A DNA stretch of 64,000 nt from an uncultured Chloroflexia bacterium (GTDB lineage: Bacteria > Chloroflexota > Limnocylindria > Limnocylindrales > CSP1-4), in the NCBI GenBank assembly GCA_963828165.1, contig CAWHDR010000001.1, positions 384,001 through 448,000 of the forward strand. Direction: 5' to 3'. The notes under the pieces are model-generated. The model made no database searches. It was not told the DNA's origin and saw only the letters and a program-made list of their open reading frames with translations. Below, one piece after another: positions 1-8,866 of the stretch. Both the position numbers and the translations under genes were made by a program. The stretch's first letter is position 1, and every line of letters starts with the position of its first letter.

Positions 1-1
1 C

Positions 2-238
2 GAGCACTGTGCGGCGCTCGGGCGCGACCCGGCCGAGATCGAGCGCTCCACGTTGCAGGACGTGAACCTGTCGCGCGATGGCGGGCGTCGGGCGGAGTCC
101 GCGGCGCAGGTCGTGGACCGATTCGGGGACCTCGCCGACGCCGGCGCGGAGCACATCATCGTGAGCGTGCCCGCGGTGCACGACCCGGCCCGGATCGCCG
201 CGCTGGCCGCGGTGATCCCGGAACTCAGGGCGCTGTAG
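2..238 (+). CDS. LLM-class (F420-dependent) oxidoreductase, C-terminal fragment, 5' end outside window
   Basis: Frame open from base 2: EHCAALGRDPAEIERSTLQ...LADAGAEHIIV, a typical C-terminus of luciferase-like monooxygenases. Confidence 0.7.
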   Translation, partial: EHCAALGRDPAEIERSTLQDVNLSRDGGRRAESAAQVVDRFGDLADAGAEHIIVSVPAVHDPARIAALAAVIPELRAL

Positions 239-261
239 TGGCGGGCCGGGATCGCGGCGCC

Positions 262-278
262 ATACTCTAGGGGGGTAT
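262..278. promoter_or_regulatory. CsoR/CstR-family operator-like site upstream of trxB
   Basis: ATACTCTAGGGGGGTAT: ATAC/GTAT inverted ends around a G-tract, the CsoR-family operator layout; a TACGAT -10-like hexamer follows at 290-295. Confidence 0.6.
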
Positions 279-302
279 AGGAATGGTGATACGATATCGG
301 TC

Positions 303-1403
303 ATGAAGGACAAGGAACCATTCGGCGGTCTGGCCATCGATTTCGGCGCTGACGCCGGCGGTGCGTCGGCGACGGCGACGCCCCTCGCCATCGCGCCTGA
401 GGCCCCGCCCACCGCGACTGGTGGCCCGGCGACCATCGCGAGCGCCGGAGACCGGGTCGACACGAAGCTCCTGATCGTGGGGTCCGGCCCGGCTGGGCTG
501 ACTGCCGCGGTCTATGCCGCGCGCGCGGCCCTCGAGCCGGTCGTCCTGGCCGGCTCTGCGCCGGGTGGCCAGCTGATGCTGACGAGCGACGTCGAGAACT
601 ACCCGGGATTCCCAGACGGCATCCAGGGTCCGGACCTGATGGCCGCGATGCGCGCCCAGGCCGAGCGCTTCGGAGCGCGCCTGGTCGATGTCGATATCGA
701 CAAGGTGGACTTCTCGGAGCGTCCGTTCCGGATCTGGGCCCGAGGCACGGAGTACCGCGCGCAGTCGGTGGTCGTCGCCACCGGGGCGTCGGCGCTGTGG
801 CTCGGTCTCGATAGCGAGACCCGCCTGCGCGGGCGCGGCGTGTCGGCGTGCGCGACGTGCGACGGCTTCTTCTTCCGCGACCGCGAGATCGCGGTCGTCG
901 GCGGTGGCGACACCGCATTCGAGGAAGCGACGTACCTCACCCGGTTCGCCACGAAGGTCCACCTGCTCCACCGGCGCGACACGTTCCGCGCGAGCAAGAT
1001 CATGATCGACCGGGCGTACGACCACCCCAAGATCGAGATCCACCCGAACACCGCGGTCGAGGAAGTCCTCGGCGACGCCAAGGTCGAGGGCCTCAAGGTC
1101 CGCGACACGACCACCGGCGAGATGAGCGAGATGCAGCTCGACGGCGTGTTCATCGCGATCGGCTACGTGCCCAACACGGCGCCGTTCCGCGAGTGGCTCG
1201 AGGTCGATCCGAAGGGCTACCTCGTCGTCCGCGACGAAACCGGCTCGAACATCGAAGGCGTATTCATCGCCGGCGACGTCCACGATCACCGCTATCGCCA
1301 GGCCGTGACCGCGGCCGGCGACGGGTGCAAGGCGGCCATCGACGCCGAACGCTGGCTCGAGGCTCAGGGGATCACCGAAGCCGCGACCGCGACCGCCTGG
1401 TAA
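303..1403 (+). CDS. trxB: Thioredoxin-disulfide reductase with low-complexity N-terminal extension
   Basis: IVGSGPAGLTAA, VENYPGF, redox motif SACATCDG, VVGGGDTAFEEA, GVFIAGDV, RQAVTAAGDG. Confidence 0.95.
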   Translation: MKDKEPFGGLAIDFGADAGGASATATPLAIAPEAPPTATGGPATIASAGDRVDTKLLIVGSGPAGLTAAVYAARAALEPVVLAGSAPGGQLMLTSDVENYPGFPDGIQGPDLMAAMRAQAERFGARLVDVDIDKVDFSERPFRIWARGTEYRAQSVVVATGASALWLGLDSETRLRGRGVSACATCDGFFFRDREIAVVGGGDTAFEEATYLTRFATKVHLLHRRDTFRASKIMIDRAYDHPKIEIHPNTAVEEVLGDAKVEGLKVRDTTTGEMSEMQLDGVFIAIGYVPNTAPFREWLEVDPKGYLVVRDETGSNIEGVFIAGDVHDHRYRQAVTAAGDGCKAAIDAERWLEAQGITEAATATAW

Positions 1404-3513
1404 TGGGCTTTCCACGCGGTGGCGGCACGCGAGCCGCCACGGGCGGCGCCACGGGTGGCGGCGGACGCGGCGGCGGCCGGATGGTCGGCGGTGGCGGGAT
1501 GTGGGGCGGACCCACCACCGAGTTCACCCCGGTTCCCAAGGAGCGACGCGCCCGCACGCTCCGGCGCATCGTCGCGTTCTTCGGGCCATATCGCCTGCAG
1601 GTCGTGGTCGTCCTGGTCGCGATCCTGGCCACGAGCCTGATCGGGCTGGTCAATCCGCTCCTGCTGGGCGTCCTGCTCGACGAGGTCATCATCGGTGGCC
1701 AGTACGACAAGCTGAACCTGTACGTCGGTCTGATGATCGTGCTCCCGATCGTGACCGGGCTCATCGGCGTCGGCCAGAGCTACCTCAACAACGTCATCGG
1801 CCAGAACGTCATGCAGGACCTGCGGGGCGCGCTCTACGCGCACCTGCAGCGGATGCCGCTGCGATTCTTCACCGAGACGCGGACCGGTGAGATCCAAAGC
1901 CGACTGGCGAACGACGTCGGTGGCGTCCAGGCCGTCGTCACCGACACGGCGAGCTCCATCACGAGCAACCTGGCGGTCGCCATCAGCACGATCGTGGCCA
2001 TGTTCATCCTGAGCTGGCAGCTGGCCGTGCTGTCGCTTGCGCTGCTGCCGTTCTTCCTGTATCTGACCTACCGGGTGGGCAAGGTCCGGCGCGAGATCTC
2101 GAGCGAAACGCAGAAGTCCATGGCGGAGATGAGCGCGACCACCGAGGAGACCCTCAGCGTGTCGGGCATGCTCCTCTCGAAGACCTTCGGCCAGCAGGCG
2201 AACGCGATCAAGAAGTTCCGGGCGATCAACAAGACCCTCGCGGGCCTCCAGATCCGCCAGGCGATGGTCGGCCGCTGGTTCTTCATGATCATCGGCACGA
2301 TCTTCAGCATCATGCCGGCCTTCGTGTACTGGCTCGCCGGGACGCTCGCCGCCAATGGCGATCCCACCGCCCCGACCGCCGGCGCCATCGTCGCGTTCAC
2401 GACCCTCCAGAGCCGGCTGTTCTTCCCGCTCGGCCAGCTGCTCAACGTGCAGGTCGAGATCCAGGGTTCCATGGCGCTGTTCGACCGGATCTTCGAGTAC
2501 CTCGAGATGGATCCCGAGATCGTCGATGCGCCCGACGCGGTGGCCCTGTCGCGCGACGAGGTCCGCGGGCAGGTCAGGTTCCACGACGTGTGGTTCCGCT
2601 ACCCGACCGAGGCCGTCCCCTCAGCGCGCGCCCATGACGCGCTCGCTCAAGGGCATGAGCATCGGGAAGCGGAGGAGATCGAGGCGGCGCGTCGCGGCCG
2701 CCCCGGTCGAGGAGGAGGCCGTCGAGGCGGTCGTCGGCGGGATGGCGCCCGACGGCACCCTGGCCGAGGTGCCCGCGATCGAGATGCTCCCGCACCTTCG
2801 CCCTGGAGGGCATCGACTTCGACGCGCTGCCGGGTGAGCTGGTGGCACTCGTCGGGCCATCGGGATCGGGCAAGACGACGACGACCTACCTCATCCCCAG
2901 GCTCTACGACGTCGACGCCGGTGCCGTGGAGATCGACGGACTGGACATCCGGCGAATCAAGCTCGAATCGCTGGGCCAGATCATCGGCGTCGTGACCCAG
3001 GAGACGTACCTGTTCCACGCGTCCGTGCGCCAGAACCTGATCTATGCCAAGCCGGAGGCGACGGACGAGGAGCTGGAGGTTGCCTCTCGCGCGGCCGCGA
3101 TCCACGAGCGGATCATGGAGCTTCCCGAGGGCTACGACACCGTCGTGGGCGAACGCGGGTACAAGCTGTCCGGAGGCGAGAAGCAGCGGATCGCGATCGC
3201 CCGGGTGCTCCTCAAGGATCCACGCATCCTGATCCTCGACGAGGCGACCTCCGCGCTCGACACGGTGTCCGAGCGGCTCATCCAGGCCGCGTTCGAGCGA
3301 CTGATGGAGGGCCGCACGACGATCGCCATCGCTCACCGGCTATCGACGATCCTGCGCGCGGACCGGATCCTCGTGTACGACCGCGGGCGGATCGTCGAGC
3401 GCGGTACACATGCCGAGCTGCTGGCCCAGGGTGGCCTGTACGCGCGGCTGTATCGCGAGCAATTCCTGTCGGAGCGGCCGGCGGAGGAAGCGACGCCCGC
3501 CGCGTCCTACTGA
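1403..3513 (+). CDS. Fused TMD-NBD ABC exporter (MsbA/MdlB-like); two apparent frameshifts near 2690 and 2795
   Basis: TMD ([13 protein letters not shown]) in frame 848..; linker [12 protein letters not shown] in a second frame; [35 protein letters not shown] in frame 2842..3513. Confidence 0.85.
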
Positions 3514-3520
3514 ACCGGCG

Positions 3521-4012
3521 ATGCCCACCCACAAGTCGGTCCACCTCGAGCATCGCGGCGGGATGCTGTTCGTGGCCCAGCCGAGCTCCGGACACGTCAT
3601 CTCCTTCGACGAGCGCAGATCGAACCAGGGTGGCAGCCCGGTCGAGACGGTGCTCTCGGCGCTCGCCGCGTGCACGGCGATGGACGTCATCTCGATCGCA
3701 TCCAAGAAGCGCCAGGCCATCACGTCGTACGAGATCGAGGCGACCGGCAGCCAGCGCGACGAGTACCCACAGGTCTACACCGAGATCGAGCTCGTGCACG
3801 TCTTCCGTGGGAACGGCCTCTCCGAGGCCTCGATCCGCCGCTCGATCGAGCTGTCCGCCACGAAGTACTGCCCGGTGAGCGCGATGTTGTCGGCGGGGGC
3901 CACCGTGGTGCATCACCGCTATCGGATCGCGTCGGACGGGGAGCGGCCGTTCGAGGCGGCCGGACTCGTGATCTCGACGGGTCCGTATCAGCGGCCCGAC
4001 GTCCTGGCGTAA
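3521..4012 (+). CDS. OsmC/YhfA family protein
   Basis: GGSPVETVLSALAACTAMDV and SATKYCPVSAML, the two conserved Cys motifs. Confidence 0.9.
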   Translation: MPTHKSVHLEHRGGMLFVAQPSSGHVISFDERRSNQGGSPVETVLSALAACTAMDVISIASKKRQAITSYEIEATGSQRDEYPQVYTEIELVHVFRGNGLSEASIRRSIELSATKYCPVSAMLSAGATVVHHRYRIASDGERPFEAAGLVISTGPYQRPDVLA

Positions 4013-4028
4013 CCCCGGGCTATCCGGG

Positions 4029-4240
4029 CGCCACGGGCATCAAGCAAGAGTTCCGAGTCATTTGCTCGTGAGGCCAGCGCGGGGCCAATGAATCCTCGCC
4101 ATCGGCGTCTCTCGACACACGAGTGGCGAGATGACGGGCACGTCGACGCACGGCCATCGCGATCGGTTCGGGTCCCGCTAACCAGGATCACGTCTTCTGC
4201 CGGTCACGCGAGCAATCGACGAGGATCTGCCCGCAAGGCG
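4029..4240 (-). ncRNA. Candidate structured non-coding RNA, family unassigned (6S/Ms1-like rod with apical multibranch)
   Basis: Lies between convergent genes; nested long-range stems and three hairpins whose G-U pairs and GAGA tetraloop work only on the minus strand (see findings). Confidence 0.5.
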
Positions 4241-4263
4241 AAACGTGTTGGACCCCACGGACC

Positions 4264-4791
4264 TCAGCCGTAGTGGATCGAATCCACCTCGAAGGTGAGC
4301 TGCCGCACGCGACCGCGGGTCCACAGGCGAGTCACGAGGTCCGGCACCCACCAGCGCAGGAAGTACAGCCGGCAGCCCAGGCAGTAGCCGGTCACCGCCA
4401 GCAGGGTCTGCAGGGCCGCGACGGCGAGCGTGAAGACCCAGCCGACGGTCGGCGCGCCGACCACGAAGGCGATCAGGGCGAGAGTCAGGGCGGCGCTGCC
4501 GAGCACCTGCGCGAAGCGGGGCGGGTACTCGTGCTCGGGCTCGACGGTGCCGAAGCCGGCGACGGCGACGATGCGGCGCCACGCCACGCCGTAGATCGAG
4601 TACCGCAGCCCGAAGGCCGCGCTCACGCCGATCGAGACCAGCGTGAACGCCCCGAGCCAGGGTGTTCCGGTGACCAGGGCAACGATGAGGATGATCGCCG
4701 AGACGCCGGCGCCGAAGCGGTGACCACGAGGATCGATCATGCGTGCGGGTGGCAAGTGCGAAGCGGCCGTGGCGGGAATGGCACGTGGCAT
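4264..4791 (-). CDS. DUF4395 family membrane protein
   Basis: IDPRGHRFGA, EPEHEYPPRFAQVLG, GYCLGCRLY; GGAGA SD upstream of ATG 4791. Confidence 0.85.
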   Translation of the reverse strand: MPRAIPATAASHLPPARMIDPRGHRFGAGVSAIILIVALVTGTPWLGAFTLVSIGVSAAFGLRYSIYGVAWRRIVAVAGFGTVEPEHEYPPRFAQVLGSAALTLALIAFVVGAPTVGWVFTLAVAALQTLLAVTGYCLGCRLYFLRWWVPDLVTRLWTRGRVRQLTFEVDSIHYG

Positions 4792-4833
4792 CGGTCGGTC
4801 TCCGTGGCTGGGGGACCGTAACGATAGCATGGA

Positions 4834-4853
4834 ACTCCTATCGGTTTACTGGG
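4834..4853. promoter_or_regulatory. Possible Rrf2-family (CymR/IscR-like) operator upstream of the DUF4395 gene
   Basis: Imperfect palindrome TCCTATCGGTTTACTGGG, AT-rich for this genome, next to a TATCGT -10 on the minus strand. Confidence 0.3.
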
Positions 4854-4894
4854 CGATCTCGAGTCCTACACCGCGACGCCTCTAGCGGTTCCCG

Positions 4895-4933
4895 CTTGCA
4901 TCATTATGCAGGCGTACTGTATCGTCATACGCC
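4895..4933 (+). promoter_or_regulatory. Tandem ARG boxes (ArgR operator) overlapping the arg promoter
   Basis: CTTGCATCATTATGCAGG (4895-4912) and ACTGTATCGTCATACGCC (4916-4933): two 18-bp boxes 3 bp apart; TTGCAT -35 and TATCGT -10 overlap them; argR is in the operon. Confidence 0.85.
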
Positions 4934-5002
4934 CATGACGACGGTCCATCCGATCCCGGCGAGCCATCCGAGTCAGCCTCCCGAGAGAGGCTGCGTGCGC
5001 CC

Positions 5003-6160
5003 GTGAGCGCAGGACTCGGGTCGCCCGCGGCGATCGCGACGGACCGGCCGTCGGGGGTCTTGCCGCGCTCGCAGCGGGGCGTGCCCGGCAGCGATGGCTC
5101 GCGACGCATCCGGGTCGGGATCATCGGTGCCACCGGCTACGGCGGCGGCGAGCTGATCCGCCTGCTGAGCCGCCATCCGAACGTCCAGATCGTCGGACTC
5201 GCCGGACGCGATCGCCAGGACGAGGCGGTCGGTGACCACCACGCGCACCTCGCAACGACCGAGCTGACCGTCGGCACCGATCTGCCCGAGGTCGACGCGG
5301 CGTTCCTGGCCCTCCCCCACGGCGCCGCGGCCAAGCTCGTGCCGGACGTCCTCACGACCGGGGCGGCGGTCATCGACCTCGGGCCGGACTTCCGACTCCG
5401 CGACGCGGCCGACTATCCGCGCTGGTACGGCTTCGAGCATCCCGCGCCCGAGCTGCTCGACGTGGCCGTGTACGGCCTTCCGGAGCTGCATCGAGCCGAA
5501 CTGGCGGCCCTGGTCGACGCGCCGATCGCGCTGGTCGGCGCGCCGGGCTGCTACCCGACGGCGACCCTCCTGGCCCTCGCGCCCCTGGCTCGAGCCGGTC
5601 TGATCGGCGACCTCGTGGTGGACGCGAAGAGCGGGGTGTCCGGCGCGGGGCGCGAGGCGAAGGCCGAGATGATGTACGGCGAGGTCAACGAGAACGTGAA
5701 GGCGTACGGCCTGGGCGGTCACCGCCATGTCGCCGAGATCGAGCAGGAGCTTGCCGTCGCGGCCACTCGCCAGGGCCTGGATCCTGGCGCGAATCCGGGT
5801 GCGATCACCGTCGACTTCGTGCCGCATCTCGTCCCGATGACCCGCGGCATCCACTCGACCAGCCACGTTCGACCGACACGTCCGATCACGCAGTCCGAGC
5901 TCGACGGGCTCTACGCCGCCGCGTACGCGGACGAGCCATTCGTCCGGGTCGTGGCCGCGCCGCCGTCCACCAAGCACACGACCGGCAGCAACCACGTGCT
6001 CGTCCACGTCCGGCTCGATGAGCGCACGGGCCGGATCATCGCGATCGGCGTCGAGGACAACCTCGTCAAGGGCGCGGCTGGACAGGCCATCCAGGCCTTC
6101 AATCTCGCCCACGGCCTGCCAGAGACGGCCGGCCTCGAGCAGCTCCCGCTGGCGCCGTAG
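5003..6160 (+). CDS. argC: N-acetyl-gamma-glutamyl-phosphate reductase
   Basis: GIIGATGYGG, FLALPHG, YGLPEL, PGCYPT, SGVSGAGR, DNLVKGAAGQAIQ. Confidence 0.95.
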   Translation: MSAGLGSPAAIATDRPSGVLPRSQRGVPGSDGSRRIRVGIIGATGYGGGELIRLLSRHPNVQIVGLAGRDRQDEAVGDHHAHLATTELTVGTDLPEVDAAFLALPHGAAAKLVPDVLTTGAAVIDLGPDFRLRDAADYPRWYGFEHPAPELLDVAVYGLPELHRAELAALVDAPIALVGAPGCYPTATLLALAPLARAGLIGDLVVDAKSGVSGAGREAKAEMMYGEVNENVKAYGLGGHRHVAEIEQELAVAATRQGLDPGANPGAITVDFVPHLVPMTRGIHSTSHVRPTRPITQSELDGLYAAAYADEPFVRVVAAPPSTKHTTGSNHVLVHVRLDERTGRIIAIGVEDNLVKGAAGQAIQAFNLAHGLPETAGLEQLPLAP

Positions 6161-7566
6161 TGTCCGATGGATCGCCCCCGATGACCGCCACCTTGTCCGG
6201 TACGTCCCACCCGGCGTCGACGACCGACCTCCCACCGGTCGAGCGGCGCGCCAGCTTGCCGGCCGGCTTCCGTGCCGGTGGACTGGCCGTCGGGATCAAA
6301 GCCTCCGGCCGGCCGGACCTCGCCGTCATCGCCACGACGGACGGTCCCGCCGCGGTCGCCGCGGTCTTCACGCCGAACGCGTTCGTGGCCGCGCCCGTCC
6401 GGCGGTCCAGGACCAATCTCGCGACCACGTCCGGCGACCCGCGAGGGGGCTTCGGCTGGGCTCGAGCCGTCGTCTCGACCAGCGGCTGCGCCAACGCGGC
6501 GACAGGGGCGGCCGGTGACGAGGATCAGGACCGCGTGGAGCGTCTGGTGGCGGGCGCGCTCGGGGTCGAGGGGACACATGTGCTCCACCTCTCGACCGGC
6601 ATCATCGGCACGCGTTTGCCACTCGACCGGGTTGCCGCAGGGCTTGATGCCCTGGTGCCACGGCTCACCTCCGATGATGCGGGGTTCGACGCCGCGGCCG
6701 GGGCCCTGCGCACGACGGACTCGGTCGCGAAGGTCGTCAGCACGACCGTGGAGCTGCCCGGACCGGACGAGGGTGGGCTCACCGTGACCATCACCGTCAG
6801 CGCTATCGCGAAGGGCGTCGGCATGATCCACCCGAACATGGCGACGATGCTGTCGGTGATCCTGACCGACGCTGCCGTGGAGCCGGCCGTGCTGTGGGGA
6901 CTCCTTCGGCCGGCCGCGGCCCGCACCTGGAACCAGCTGTCGGTCGATGGCGACACGAGCACGAACGACACCGTGTTCGTCCTGGCGTCCGGCGCGACAC
7001 CCAGCGCCCCGGTCACCGCCGGGAGCCCGGCTGCGATCGCCCTCGGCGGCGCGATCGAGGCGGTGGCGCGTGAGCTCGCGCGGCAACAGGCCGCCGACGG
7101 CGAGGGCGCGACGATCCTGATCACCGCCGCGGTCCGTGGTGCGAACGACGACGCGGACGCCCGGGCGGTCGCGCGTGCGGTCGTGTCGAGCAGCCTCGTC
7201 AAGGCCGCTGCGCACGGCAAGGACCCGAACTGGGGCCGGATCGCCGGGGCCGCGGGCAACGCCACCGTCGCTAGCGGCGCGGTCCTCGAGGCTGCGGGTC
7301 TGGACGGGGAAACGGCCGCGGCGCGCGCCGGACAGCCTGCGACCCTCGATCCTGACCGCCTGCGCATCTCGATCGCCGGTCATCTCGTCTTCGATGGCGC
7401 CCGGGGCGGCCCGCTCGACTTCGATCGCGCCGCGGCCCGCGCCGCGATGGACGCCCCCGAGCTCGTCATCGAGCTCGACCTCGGCCTCGGCAACGGCACC
7501 GGTGAAGCCTTCGGCTGCGACCTCACCGAGGCCTACGTCATCGAGAACAGCGAGTACACGACGTGA
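6160..7566 (+). CDS. argJ: Ornithine acetyltransferase / N-acetylglutamate synthase
   Basis: KGVGMIHPNMATML autocleavage site, DGDTSTNDT, DGEGAT, DPNWGRI, GCDLTEAYV..NSEYTT. Confidence 0.95.
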   Translation: MSDGSPPMTATLSGTSHPASTTDLPPVERRASLPAGFRAGGLAVGIKASGRPDLAVIATTDGPAAVAAVFTPNAFVAAPVRRSRTNLATTSGDPRGGFGWARAVVSTSGCANAATGAAGDEDQDRVERLVAGALGVEGTHVLHLSTGIIGTRLPLDRVAAGLDALVPRLTSDDAGFDAAAGALRTTDSVAKVVSTTVELPGPDEGGLTVTITVSAIAKGVGMIHPNMATMLSVILTDAAVEPAVLWGLLRPAAARTWNQLSVDGDTSTNDTVFVLASGATPSAPVTAGSPAAIALGGAIEAVARELARQQAADGEGATILITAAVRGANDDADARAVARAVVSSSLVKAAAHGKDPNWGRIAGAAGNATVASGAVLEAAGLDGETAAARAGQPATLDPDRLRISIAGHLVFDGARGGPLDFDRAAARAAMDAPELVIELDLGLGNGTGEAFGCDLTEAYVIENSEYTT

Positions 7567-8351
7567 GCGAGATCCTCGTCGTCAAGCTGGGCGGAACGAC
7601 GATCGCCGATCAGAGCCACGTCCTCGCGGATGTGGCCGCCATCGCGCGCCGGCGGCCGGTCGTCCTCGTCCACGGCGGTGGCAAGCGGATCACCGAGTGG
7701 CTCGAGCGCCTCGGCGTCCCGAGCCGGTTCGAGGGCGGCCTCCGCGTCACGGACGCCCAGTCCCTCGAGGTCGCCGCCGCCGTCCTGCGTGGCGTCGTCA
7801 ACAGCGAGCTGGTCGCCGCGCTCCGCGACCTGGGCGTGGATGCGGTCGGCCTGAGTGGCGTCGATGGCGGACTGCTCGTCGCAGAGCGCATCCCGGAGCT
7901 CGGGCTGGTCGCTCGCGTCACCGACCTGCGTCGCGACCTGCTCGATGCGATCCTCGTGGGCGGCCAGGTGCCCGTGGTGGCACCGCTTGCGCGCGATGCC
8001 GACGGGATCGTGTGCAACGTGAACGCCGACGATGCGGCGGCCGGCATCGCTGCCGGGCTCGGGGCCCGCCAGCTCGTGTTGCTGACCGATGTCGACGGGG
8101 TGCGTGATGCCGACGGTCGCAAGCTCGACACGCTCACCGTCGCCGAGGCGGAGCACCTGATCGATGGCGGCGTGATCGCCGGTGGGATGGTGCCCAAGGT
8201 CCGAGCGGCCTTGTCAGCGCTCGGCTGGGAAGGCTCGGAGGCGATCATCGCGGACTCGGCGGCGGAGCGCGCCCTGGAACGGGCGCTCGACGACCCGGCC
8301 TTCGGGACGCGCATCACCGCAGGGCGCGCCGCGCCGGTCGGAGCCGCGTGA
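7563..8351 (+). CDS. argB: Acetylglutamate kinase
   Basis: VVKLGG, VHGGG, GLRVTD, NVNADDAA, LTDVDGV, GGMVPKV. Confidence 0.95.
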   Translation: MSEILVVKLGGTTIADQSHVLADVAAIARRRPVVLVHGGGKRITEWLERLGVPSRFEGGLRVTDAQSLEVAAAVLRGVVNSELVAALRDLGVDAVGLSGVDGGLLVAERIPELGLVARVTDLRRDLLDAILVGGQVPVVAPLARDADGIVCNVNADDAAAGIAAGLGARQLVLLTDVDGVRDADGRKLDTLTVAEAEHLIDGGVIAGGMVPKVRAALSALGWEGSEAIIADSAAERALERALDDPAFGTRITAGRAAPVGAA

Positions 8352-8866
8352 CCCCGAGCCAGGAGCTCAAGCGCCTCCGCCAGCGGGCGATCCGGCAACT
8401 CGTCGCGTCTCGACCGGTCGGCAGCCAGCGCGAGCTGGTCGACGCGCTCGTGGAGCAGGGATTCGATGTCACGCAGGCCACGGTCAGCCGCGACATCACC
8501 GAGCTCGGGCTGCTGAAGGCACCGCGCGGCAACGGCAGTGCCAACGGCCACGCCTACGTCGCCCGAGAGGACGTCGCGGCCCCGTTGCCAGCTGCTTCAG
8601 ATGAACGCCTGCGCCGCATCCTGAGCGACGTCCCGGTCACCGTCGGACGAAGCGGCCTCATCCTCGTCCTCACCGGCACGCCGGGCACGGCCAGCGTCGT
8701 CGCGCAGGCCATCGACGAATCGACCCTCCACGAACAGGAGGGCACGCTGGCGGGCGACAATACGCTCCTGGTGCTGTTCGCCGACGAGCCACGCCTCGAG
8801 CGCTGGCTCGAGAAGTTCCGCGCCCTTCAGGACTCGCTCGCCATGACCGTCACATCCCCGTATTGA
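8348..8866 (+). CDS. argR: Arginine repressor
   Basis: SQRELVDAL..GFDVTQATVSRDITELG; GTLAGDNT arginine-binding motif. Confidence 0.95.
   Translation: MTPSQELKRLRQRAIRQLVASRPVGSQRELVDALVEQGFDVTQATVSRDITELGLLKAPRGNGSANGHAYVAREDVAAPLPAASDERLRRILSDVPVTVGRSGLILVLTGTPGTASVVAQAIDESTLHEQEGTLAGDNTLLVLFADEPRLERWLEKFRALQDSLAMTVTSPY

Noticed and set aside
2685-2800. Programmed ribosomal frameshifting in the ABC exporter (also considered for deoC and the KS)
   Set aside because: No slippery heptamers; isolated indels in housekeeping-type genes fit consensus errors better
4240-4258. Minus-strand GGGGTCCAACACGTTTCG resembles a tmRNA 5' end
   Set aside because: No T-arm/CCA 3' end, no tag ORF, and the region is too short
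4088-4273. 61-aa ORF in the osmC-DUF4395 gap
   Set aside because: No clear SD, no motif, atypical codons; the RNA structure explains the region better
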